From: Prasinococcaceae sp. CCMP 1430 | Lineage: Eukaryota > Plantae > Prasinodermophyta | Direction of reading: 5' to 3' | NCBI GenBank assembly: GCA_013416795.1 | Contig: RQSC01000005.1 | Span: forward strand, 264,733 to 328,732 | DNA length: 64,000 bases | In this document: piece by piece, positions 54,500-64,000 of the stretch | How positions within the stretch are numbered: position 1 is the first letter of the stretch | Layout of the letters: every line of letters begins with the position of its first letter | Position numbers and translations under genes: made by a program | The notes under the pieces: generated by a model | The model's input: the letters and a program-made list of their open reading frames with translations, nothing else | Told to the model about the DNA's origin: nothing | Database searches by the model: none

Positions 54500-56705
54500 A
54501 TGGTCGCCGCCGGCTGGGCGCGCGTGCCGCCGCGCGGCGCGGCCGCGGCTGTGGACGCTGGACAGGTGCGCGCGCGGATGGGGCTGGCGGACACCGCGCG
54601 CGCCAGAGCTCGTACTTCGCGCGCGATCTGTGCACTAACACAGCTGTGCTCACACCCCGGCCTCCTCGCGTGCGCGCTCTTCCAAACGCGTTTTCTCTCT
54701 CTCTCTCGTTCGCTCGCGCGCGCGCGTGCAGTCTGGCGAGGTCACTCTCGCCGCGCTGGGCCTCGAGGCCTTCTGTGACGGCGGCGGTGCCTCCGCGTAT
54801 GAAGTAGGCCCGGCACTCACCAAAGGGGCGTATGGCAGCGTGCACCGCGCCGTGCGCGTGAGCGATGGCGAAAAGCTGTGCGTCAAGAGGGTGGACATGG
54901 CTAAGGCGACCTCAGCCGAGCGCACGGAGGCAGCCAACGAGGTGCGCCTGCTGGCGGCGATGCGTGGCTGTCGGTACGTGGTGCGCTTCGTTGACTGCTA
55001 CTGCGAGCGCACGTCTCTGTGCATCGTGATGGAGTACGCGGGCGGTGGCAACCTCAGCGACTACCTCGCATCGCGCGGCGGGCGCCCGCTGCCAGAAGCG
55101 CGCGTGTGGCGTATCTTCGCGCAATGCCTGGTCGCGCTCGCGCACTGCCACGCCCGACGCGTGTGCCATCGGGACGTGAAGTCGATGAACGTCTTCCTCG
55201 CGCTGCCCTCGGCATCGGGGGACGACCAGGCCGAGGTGCGCCTGGGCGACCTGGGCGTCGGCAAGCGCCTCAAGGCGCGCACCGCGATGGCGTCTACCTT
55301 CGTGGGCACGCCATACTATTTCGCGCCGGAGATGATCAAGCGACAGGCGTACGGCTACAAGGCCGACGTGTGGAGCCTGGGCGTGCTGCTGTACGAGATT
55401 GGCGCACTGGCGCATCCCTTCGATGCGGCATCGCAGGACGCCCTCTTCCGGCGCATCACCACGCAGCCACCCAGCTGGTCGAGGCTCGAACAACGCTACT
55501 CGCGCGAGCTCTGCGAGGTGTGCAAGGCGTGCCTGCAGAAGGATCCCACCTGCCGTCCAGACGCCTTTGCGCTGCTCGAGAGCCCACTGCTGCGCCGTAA
55601 GTGCGACGAGCTCGGCGTGGTCGTGCCGGCAGTGGAGGCGCTTCAGACGATGTCCATGACGCTCTCCAGGCCCCCTCTGGAGGCCGCGCAGGCGGGCGCT
55701 GCCGTGGCGGCCGCAGGTGGCGTGGGCGACGACGATGCCAACGAGTTGGACGTGGATACGGCGGAGGCAAAGGCGGCAGAGGCGGAGGCAGCAGCGCTGC
55801 GCGCGGAGGCCGAGGCGGCTCGGCTCGAAGCCGAGGCCTCGAGGCTGGAGAGCCTGGCACTCACGCGCAGAGCGAACTCATTGCGCGACGCACGCGATGC
55901 GCGGGCGCGGGCGGGCGCAGGGAACAAAGCGCACACCAGCGGCGCCAGAAAGGTGCTGGAGGAGAGCAACCGTGTGGCCCCTTCAGACAGCTTAGCTTCC
56001 GCATGCGACACGCGCGAGCCCGCGCTGGAGGCCGCGTGGAAGCACGAGTGGGAGGGCGGGGCGGCCGATGACGACGCCAGCCTGCGCTCAATGTCGGATC
56101 ACGAGGAGGACAGCGACGCGGGCGCGCACATGGGCGAAACCGAGCGTCGTGCGCTCGCGGGAGGCGCACGCGTTGAGGTGTACAAGCGTACATCCGCGCC
56201 TGCCCAGGCGAGCTCGCGCGGAATGGTGGGGGCCATGGGCGGCGATAGCTATGCGGGCGACACCCACCTTGGCGATGGCGCGCGAGGCAGCAAGAAGCTG
56301 TCAGTTGCGGAAGAGGCCGCGCGCACGCTGGCTGGCAAGACCGCTGGCGGTGACAGGGTACCTGTGGGCTCGGCGTACCGTACGAGTTCGCAGATAGTGG
56401 GCTCATTCGTGGGGAAGGAGATCGGGAGCCTGTACGGTAGCGGCGCATCGTTTGGTCGCAAGCGCTCCGACCTGATATTCGTTCCCGACATCCGCAGCGC
56501 CTCGCGGCCATCGAGCGCCGCACAGGGCGGTCGCGCGGCGGCGGGCGTGCGCTTTGCACCTGGGGCGCCTGGAGGCGGCAACCCTCTAGCGCCACGTGGC
56601 GCCGCGCGGCCGAGCAGCGCACGGCCAGCGATGGGCGGCGGCAGCTCGGCGATGAGCTCCTCGCGCATGAGCTCACAGATGTACTCCGGTTCGAGGCCCT
56701 TCTGA
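54500..56705 (+). CDS. NIMA-related Ser/Thr kinase (NEK/CNK/FA2-like); probable exons 54500-54565 and 54732-56705
   Basis: CVKRV, NEVRLL, IVMEYA, HRDVKSMNVFL, GDLGVGK and TFVGTPYYFAPE. Confidence 0.9.
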
Positions 56706-57166
56706 GCGAGCCCTTTCTCGCTCGGGGGGGATTCGGGGACAGGGCGTGATGGTGGTGCGGCGCGCACGTGTGGTTGGTGATGTGTGGGTGGGCTTGGGTG
56801 GGTGGGTGGGGGGTGGGGGGGAGGAAGCGGTCCATTGCCGCTGCTGTAAGAACCCACAGAAGACTTGGCGAACGTGTCACCCAAGTTTGGGGCAGGCTGA
56901 GGCGGGTAAATGCCACGCATGCGCTCCGGGCGCGTTGAAAGAAGATAGTTGTTACAAAAATGTTAGGTGCACACCGGGTGGGGGGCGGCGGGGGAGGGAG
57001 AGAGAACACATGTACCAGCACGCGCGGCACGATCTTGTGCCGCGCGGCACGCTCAAGAGACACACCCGCGCCTCGCGCTCGGCTGAGTGCGCGCACCCGT
57101 TCCGCCCGGCAGCTGCGGCCGCTTGCCCAGCACAGCCTGGCCCTTCGCGTGCCCCGCGCGCCGCGC

Positions 57167-58540
57167 CTAAGCGTACGTGGAGCGCGGGGTGGAGCCCTTG
57201 ATTCGCGCCTCGAGCTCGGGTCGGAAGTGGCGGATAAGGCCCTGCACGGGCCAAGCCGCGGCGTCACCAAGCGCGCAGATGGTGTGGCCCTCGATCTGCT
57301 TGGTGAGCTCCTGCAGCATGTCGATCTCCTCGAGGCGCGCGTCGCCGGTCTTCATGCGCTCCACCATGTTCCACAGCCAGGTCGAGCCCTCCCGACACGG
57401 CGTGCACTGGCCGCACGACTCGTGTTTGTAGAAGTAGCTCAATCGAGCGATGGCGTCGACGATGTCTGTCGACTTGTCCATCACGATCACCGCGGCGGTA
57501 CCCAGGCCCGACTGCGCCGCCTTGAGACTGTCGAAGTCCATGAGCACCTCCTCGCAGACGTCCTTGGGGATGCACGGCACCGACGAACCGCCCGGAATGA
57601 TGGCGAGCAGGTTGTCCCAGCCGCCCTTGACGCCGCCGCAGTGGCGCTCAATCAGCTCCTGCAGCGGGATGGACATCTCCTCCTCCACGGTGCACGGCTT
57701 GTTGACGTGGCCGCTAATGCAGAAGAGCTTGGTGCCCGCGTTGTTCTTGCGGCCGAACGACGAGAACCACTCTGGCCCGCGGCGCAGGATGGTGGGCACC
57801 ACAGCCACGGTTTCCACGTTCGTCACGGTCGAGGGGCAGCCATACAGGCCCACATTGGCCGGAAAGGGAGGCTTGAGGCGCGGCTTGCCCTGCTTGCCCT
57901 CCAGGGACTCGATGAGCGCGGTCTCCTCTCCGCAGATGTACGCGCCCGCGCCGTGGTGCACCACTATGTCGTACGAGTAGCCGGAGCCGCATGCGTCCTT
58001 GCCGAGCAATCCCGCCTTGTACGCCTCTGCAACCGCCTTTTCCAGGCTCTTGCGCTCGTTGACGTACTCGCCGCGGATGTAGATGTAGCAGTACCTCGCG
58101 CCCATGCCGACGCCCACCAGCAAGCAGCCCTCGACGAGCTTGTGCGGGTCGTGGCGCATGATCTCGCGGTCCTTGCACGTGCCTGGCTCGGACTCGTCCG
58201 CGTTGATTACGAGGATGTTGGGCCGCCCGTCCGCGGCGTCCTTGGGCATGAAGGAGTACTTGAGCCCCGACGGGAAGCCCGCACCGCCGCGCCCGCGCAG
58301 GCCGCTCGCCTTGATCTCGCTGATGATCCAGTCGCGCCCCTTCTGCACGAGCTCCTTGGTCATGTACCAGTCGCCGCGCTTGAGCGCGCCCTTGAGGAAA
58401 GGATCGCGCGTGCCATACAGGTTGGTGAAGATGCGGTCCTGGTCGGACAGCCCGCCGTGGTGCCGCTCGATGGGCGCCGCCTCGGCCGCGTACGCCGCCG
58501 CGGGCGCACGCGCCGCCACGTACACGTAGTCGTCCTCCAT
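57167..58540 (-). CDS. NDUFV1: Mitochondrial complex I 51-kDa FMN subunit; start uncertain
   Basis: [40 protein letters not shown] and [12 protein letters not shown]...ICALG. Confidence 0.97.
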   Translation of the reverse strand: MEDDYVYVAARAPAAAYAAEAAPIERHHGGLSDQDRIFTNLYGTRDPFLKGALKRGDWYMTKELVQKGRDWIISEIKASGLRGRGGAGFPSGLKYSFMPKDAADGRPNILVINADESEPGTCKDREIMRHDPHKLVEGCLLVGVGMGARYCYIYIRGEYVNERKSLEKAVAEAYKAGLLGKDACGSGYSYDIVVHHGAGAYICGEETALIESLEGKQGKPRLKPPFPANVGLYGCPSTVTNVETVAVVPTILRRGPEWFSSFGRKNNAGTKLFCISGHVNKPCTVEEEMSIPLQELIERHCGGVKGGWDNLLAIIPGGSSVPCIPKDVCEEVLMDFDSLKAAQSGLGTAAVIVMDKSTDIVDAIARLSYFYKHESCGQCTPCREGSTWLWNMVERMKTGDARLEEIDMLQELTKQIEGHTICALGDAAAWPVQGLIRHFRPELEARIKGSTPRSTYA

Positions 58541-58833
58541 GACGGAGCGGTGTGTGGCGCGGCCACGAGGCGCTGCCCCCCCCCCCCTCTTCCCGGACTC
58601 CATCACTCGCCCCCTCGCTCGCCCTGCCCCCAACGCGCCTCGTTGGCACCGGCGAGCTGCTGCTGCGTGACGCGTTTTTTTCTCCCCAAAAAATATGCCA
58701 AAATGGGCCAACAAAAAAATGCCGGGCGTGCGGCGGCCGCGTGCGGCCGCCCGGGGGGCGCGTGCCAGAGCGCGCGCAGCGCCGCTGCCCAGCCCAACGC
58801 CCACCCGCCCCGCCGAGCGCCGGCGGCGGCGCC

Positions 58834-59653
58834 ATGTTCAAGCGTTTCACGTATGACGACGTCTCATCGGTGTCGCAGGTCAAGTCGTCGGTCGCGCGCG
58901 GCATCCGCGCGAAGATCGCCGCGCAGTTCCCGAACCTCGAGCCGGCGCTCGACGATGTGCTGCCCAAGGTGCGTCTGGGGTGGGGCGGGGGCGAGCGCGC
59001 GCTCCGCGCACCTCGCTCGTTCCCTCCTGCGCGCGCGCGCGCGCGCACGCTCGTGCCCGAGTCGCGCGCGTATGCGGACGCATGCACGCAGGCATGGGCG
59101 AACGCCGGCGAGCGCACGGCACGCACGAGGAGGCAGCCGCCGCCCCTCCCCAGAGCGCCGGTGGCGCTGACACGCGGTCGGACCCTCCATCCTGCGCTCC
59201 GCGCCCACCGCCTCGATTGATCCTTCGCGCATGTTCTAGGGAAAGGACACGCCTATGATGATCGGCAAGTGCACAGACCGCATAAGCCTCGTGGTGGTGC
59301 GCGACGAGCCGCTCTTCTTCCAGTTCCGCGACGGGCCGTACTACCCGACGCTGCGATTGCTGCACCGCTACCCGAGCATGATGCCCGTGCTGCGCGTTGA
59401 CAAGGGCGCCATCAAGTTCGTCTTCAACGGCGCGGACATCATGTGCCCGGGGCTCACGTCGCCCGGGGCATCGATGGACGACGTGCCCACTGACACCGTG
59501 GTGGCCATCTACGCAGAGGGCAAGGAGCACGCGCTCGCGGTGGGGCTCACCACCATGTCGAGCGCTGACATCCGCTCTGTGAACAAGGGCACCGGCGTTC
59601 AGAACGTGCACGTGCTGAACGACGGTTTGTGGAAAATGGAAAAGGTGGACTGA
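58834..59653 (+). CDS. MCTS1: MCTS1/Tma20 PUA-domain translation factor; exons 58834-58968 and 59240-59653
   Basis: [45 protein letters not shown] and LNDGLW. Confidence 0.93.
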
Positions 59654-59920
59654 GGCGCGCCGGTCAGGAGAGAAGGGCGTGCGCGCGCGCGCGGCAGGTG
59701 GGAGGCGGAGGCGTAAAGATCACGGGTAATGACTTGCAGGCCGGCGGCTGGGCGCCGCGGACGCTGCTGGCCTGATGGATGGGGCACGCAGCGCAGACGC
59801 GCGCATCGTTCGCGCGCATCCCGCGCATCGACCGTGTGCGCGAGCGAGCTGTGTTACGAATGGCGGCGCCCGCGGAAGAGCGCGCGCTCAGCCCACTGTG
59901 CGCCACACCCCGCCGGCACC

Positions 59921-60830
59921 CTACTGCGTGGAGATGAGCCTCGCGATGGTCTCGGAGGGGAGCGTGACGCGCACGCTGTCACCGGCAGCCGGGGCTGCGT
60001 TGGACTGCGACGCCGGCACCTTGATAGTGCCATCAGCGGCCACCTCCCAGCCAGGGAAGCTGGCCGACAGGAAGCCCTTCACCTCGCCCTCCGTGAGGTT
60101 GAGCACGGCGGCGACAGCCGCCGTGTCAGTGTCACGGAACGTCGCGCCGATGCAATGCGCGCCGTAGCGCCGCACGGCGTCCTCGAAGCCGGTGACGCCC
60201 GAAGTCAGCTCGGCCACGCCGCCCGCCTTCGCCCAGAAGCCGGCAAAGTCGGCCGTCTCTGTTGTGGGTGCGCGCGGTCAATGCAGGAGCGCGCGTCAGA
60301 GATGCGTGCATCGGCGCACGTGTGCCTGCACCATCGGCGCGCCCGCGCTACGCACCGAGGCACCCGCTGAGCTGCGCGAGCGTCGCGAACGGCTCCTGCC
60401 GCATGACGCGCGCAGGCAGCATCCCCTGGCACAGCTTGAAGTCTGGGCCGGGGAGCGCCATGAGCGCCTTCACCAGGACGTTTGCAGCCACGGGAATCTG
60501 CGTGGGCAAACGCGTGCGTGGGCGTACGGTCGCAGGCGAGCGCGGGCCATGTGCATGCACGCGCGTCAGCGCAAGCGGAGGGCGCGCACGCGCGCTCGGG
60601 CCGTCCGGTACCCCTGCGCCCCCTCGGCACGCGCGCTCGCGTGCGCGCGCTCTTGCCGCGCGGCGTACGTTGAGCTTGTCCGGGTACATCGCGTACAGCC
60701 TGAGCAGCGCGAGGTTGGAGTCGAGGTCGTACGCGTCGACGCCTCCCACCGCCGAGGCGTTCGCCGCCGCCTCCATCTGCGGGATCGACGCCGGGTCGAA
60801 CGCCGCCGCGGCGCCGCCCATCGCCGCCAT
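59921..60830 (-). CDS. eIF3k: Eukaryotic translation initiation factor 3 subunit K; about 3 exons
   Basis: YDLDSNLALLRLY, LVKALMALPGPDFKLC, FAGFW and GFEDAVRRY. Confidence 0.85.
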
Positions 60831-61144
60831 GGCGCCTGGCGCGCGGCAGCACGCCAGGCGCGCGGGTTATGGCATGCCCTCAGGGGCCCGCCACTCCTGT
60901 CAGCTTCGAGACCAACCGCCGCCGGCGCCCCCCTCCCCTCCCCTCCCCCTCCCCCCCCTGTGCGCGCGCGCGCACCCTAGCCCCCGATCACCAGCCGCCG
61001 CGTGCGCCCCCGTGCCGCGCACGCGCGAATTCATATCCGTCTTTCCCATACCTCGCATATCTCATTAATATGACATATATTTTTACCCACGGGCGACTTC
61101 ATTCACGGATGTGGGCAGGCCCGCGCCCACACGCGGTTCCGACG

Positions 61145-62427
61145 ATGGCCGGCGGCAAAAAAAAAAAAAATAGGTACGAAAGCTCGAACGCCACACTGCC
61201 AGCGGAAAAGGAGGAGACGCGAAAGGAAAAAAAAAGGGGGCCTCGAGCCATCACAATCGATGCGGGGGGGGCGGGCTCCGCGGCGGCAGCATGATGGCCG
61301 CGCATGAGGTCGAACAGATCGCGCGCATCCAGTACGCGGCCACGCACCAGCGCGGCGCGTATCACGAGGACTACTACGCGCTCGCGCTGGCGTCCAAGAG
61401 CGGCGGCCAGCGGCCGGGGCTGTTCGCGCCGGCGGTGCTGCGCGACACGCAGGCGGAGGGCGCCAACGGCGCGGCCGAGAGCGGCCTGAGCCAGCGCGGC
61501 GCGGCCGTGTCCTACGTGGCGCTGGACGGCCTCGGCAAGATCGCGTACTCGTCGATCACCAAGCCGAAACCCATGCTGGAGATCCCGCCGCGCGAGGGTG
61601 AGGGCATCAGCGTGGACGCCGAGGATGTGGGCGGCGATGAGGACGAGGTGCGCCCGCTTGAGCAGGAGCCGATGCTCGCGGCGAGGCAGCTCATCGAGGA
61701 CGGGCACAATCTGCTGCTCGACATCGACGACATCACCCGCATCCTCGAGACCCCGCCGGCGCCAGCGGACGGCGGCGCAATGCTGCGCGGGCGCCGCGAC
61801 AAGATGCTGGACATGCTCATCGCGAGTATGCGGCTGCCGCCCCCGGGCGCGTCGCTCGCCGAGCATCTGCCCCCCGCGTCGACGCCCGCCGACCGCGTGC
61901 TGGCGCGTGTGGGCGCGGTGCACAAGGGCCGCTCGCTGCTGGTGGGTGCGCTCAAGCGCTTCCCACCCACCGCCACCGCCGCCTGCTCGCTCACCGTGGC
62001 CGCCTGCCGCAACCTCGGCCCGCTGCTGGGCTCGCGCCGTGGCAAGTGCCCGGCTGCCACGCAGCTGGCCCTGGCGTGCGCGTCGTGCGTGACATCCATG
62101 GGCGTGTCGGACAGGCCCATGCTGGTGGCGTGCCTCGCGGCCATGAATCCGCGTGGGCTGTGGGCCAAGGAGAGCGCGGGAGGCGACAGTGCCCCCCCTC
62201 CACCCGGCGAGGTGCTCATGCTGGCGCTGCTGGCGTGCGGCACCAACGTCACGGGCGACGCCGCGAGCGCGCCTGCGTGGTTGGGCGCCATGGAGAGATT
62301 CGTGGCGGCGCTCGCGCAGCTGCCGGCGCCGGGCGCCCCGAAGCGCGTGTTCGAGGCAGCGCTTATCTCGGCGGAGGGCACCGCGGCAGAGGCCCTCAAG
62401 GCGCTCGCCGCGCGCGCCACATGGTGA
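61145..62427 (+). CDS. PAT1: PAT1 mRNA decapping activator, middle and C-terminal domains only; probable exons 61145-61173 and 61290-62427
   Basis: MAAHEVEQIARIQ, YHEDYY, GLGKIAYSSITKPKPML and LEQEPMLAARQLIEDGHNLLLDIDD match plant PAT1. Confidence 0.85.
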
Positions 62428-62488
62428 AGAGGCCAGCGGAGGCGAGCGTGGCCGAGGAGCCACCGCAGCGTTCGGTTTCGTAACACCT

Positions 62489-62493
62489 TGTAA
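62489..62493 (+). terminator. TGTAA green-algal polyadenylation signal after PAT1; also at 56845(+), 56952-56956(-) and 31335-31339(-)
   Basis: TGTAA lies about 60-210 nt downstream of the stops of PAT1, NEK, NDUFV1 and the HAD gene. Confidence 0.55.
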
Positions 62494-62557
62494 CAAGACG
62501 CAAAACGTCACACCATTCTCACAACGCGAGTAGTCGAATGCGCGCGCGAATTTACTC

Positions 62558-63916
62558 CTACCCCTCATCGCTGTCGGTGGGCGTCTCGACCATGATCTCC
62601 GCGACGAGCTCCTCCAGGTGGCGTTCCTCGACGGCGAATCCGTGCACACTCTTCTCGAGGAGTTCCACGGCGCACGCGTCGGCGTCGTGCAGCCGGACGA
62701 AGCGGCCGAAAGACAGCGGGCGGGCGGCCACCTCCTCGCGTGGCCACAGCGTGCGCGCGTAGTTGTCTGAGAGCTTGAGCATGAGCGGGTCCGAGCAGGC
62801 GCGCAGCTCCTCCATGATCAGCGGCGGAATTATGAGGCTGTCGCAGCCCGCCAGTTCGCGCACCTCGTGGATGTTGCGAAAAGACGTCGGCGTCACCATG
62901 GAGGGGACGCCCTCCTGGTGGTAGAGCGTGTAGAGGCGCTTGGTCCTGAGCACACCTGGGTCCTCGTGTGCGGGGTAGTGATCGCGAGCGTGCTCGGCCC
63001 TGTGCCAGTCGAGCGTGCGTCCGACGAATGGCGTCACGCGGCTCGCGCCTGCGTCGGCGCATGCGATGCCCTGCGCGAGAGAGCACACGAGCGTCATGTT
63101 GCACTGAACACCCTCCTTCTCGAGCGCCTCGCACGCCTGGATACCCTCCCAGGTCGCGGGCATCCGCACGCACAGCTTGGACGCGGCGTCCACGCCACGG
63201 CGTTCAAGAGCGTCCGCGAGCCCCATCGCCGCGTTGATTAACTCGTGCGTATCGAAGCTCAGCATCGGGTCCAGCGGCACAAGTACGCGGCCGTCGGCGG
63301 GCAGCACCGCCGCGAGGTCCTCTGCGAGGTCGAGCGTGAGCGCAGCAGCGATGGCCGCAGGCGACGCGCCAGCCTTGGAGGCGGAGCGCACCGCCTGGAC
63401 CAGGCGCGTACGCAGCTCGCCCTCGTCATCGCCCTCAAGCACGTCCTTGAGGTGCAAGGCGCCCTCACCGAGCTGGTGAGCGATGTCGTTGTGCTTGAGG
63501 CGCAGCTCGGGCATGGCCGCGGCGCAAAACTCCGCCAGTACGAGCGCGGGGTGTGCGCACGCGTCGCGCACCAGCCGTCCGCCATCTGGCGCTGCGAGTT
63601 CCTTCACGAGCGCCACATCGGCGGTGTTCGCGACGAGGCGCGAAGTGGTCGCCAGCGCCTGCAGCTGGTTGCTCGCGCCCGGGAGCGCCACACACGGCGG
63701 AGACGGCTCGAACGGATCGCACGCGTCCACGCGAGACGTTGCGGGCTCGGACGGCAGCGCCGGCTCAGAGCCCGCCGCGGCTGCGATGTGGCCGCGCGCA
63801 CGCGGGCGGCGCCCCCCCGGCGGATCGCCACGCGGGTGGTGCTTCCTCGGAGCTGGCACCGCCGTCGCTGCCGCCGCCGCCCGCGAATGAGTTAGGAGGA
63901 ACGCCGCGTGCGCCAT
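62558..63916 (-). CDS. Plastid-targeted transaldolase-like protein with substituted catalytic residues
   Basis: ATWEGIQAC, CNMTLVCS, PFVGRTLDW, DPGV, SFRNIHEV and LAGCD; N-terminal transit-peptide-like extension. Confidence 0.85.
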   Translation of the reverse strand: MAHAAFLLTHSRAAAAATAVPAPRKHHPRGDPPGGRRPRARGHIAAAAGSEPALPSEPATSRVDACDPFEPSPPCVALPGASNQLQALATTSRLVANTADVALVKELAAPDGGRLVRDACAHPALVLAEFCAAAMPELRLKHNDIAHQLGEGALHLKDVLEGDDEGELRTRLVQAVRSASKAGASPAAIAAALTLDLAEDLAAVLPADGRVLVPLDPMLSFDTHELINAAMGLADALERRGVDAASKLCVRMPATWEGIQACEALEKEGVQCNMTLVCSLAQGIACADAGASRVTPFVGRTLDWHRAEHARDHYPAHEDPGVLRTKRLYTLYHQEGVPSMVTPTSFRNIHEVRELAGCDSLIIPPLIMEELRACSDPLMLKLSDNYARTLWPREEVAARPLSFGRFVRLHDADACAVELLEKSVHGFAVEERHLEELVAEIMVETPTDSDEG

Positions 63917-64000
63917 TCCCGGCTGCGCAGCAATGTCGCGCGCACGAATATAATCTCCAACAAGCGGCGCCCCCGCGCGTCCCGCCGATAGCGGCTGCGG

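Noticed and set aside
1249-61289. Introns as introner-type repeats
   Set aside because: They share only the donor, branch point and acceptor consensus; no extended similarity between introns was seen.

Overview
Gene-dense eukaryotic nuclear DNA, about 70% GC by eye, from a green alga of prasinophyte grade. The evidence is LHCB4/CP29, short GTGCG...CTGAC...YAG introns and TGTAA poly(A) signals; Prasinoderma is only a guess. About 30 protein-coding genes, many head-to-head around short AT-rich islands, plus four assembly gaps. No rRNA, tRNA or CRISPR array is supported. Most genes are housekeeping: RPS2, Snu114, NDUFV1, MCTS1, eIF3k, PAT1, CFAP77, a NEK kinase, beta-carotene hydroxylase, CP29 and several transporters. 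The strongest candidate novel system is a divergent nuclear-transport pair at 38.7-47.4 kb: a true RCC1 RanGEF carrying a fused Nup50/Nup2-like helical motif, and a Nup188 with an N-terminal FG-repeat tail and an internal Tudor-like insert. Other highlights are a linker-histone-like protein ending in the CaaX box CSIM, a P2X-like channel with a cytosolic EF-hand, a transaldolase-like protein with its catalytic residues replaced, a bacterial-type MltB lytic transglycosylase, a stand-alone NLP GAF domain, and an adjacent fucosyltransferase-like/sulfotransferase-like pair. All family calls are by motif recognition from memory; no searches were run.
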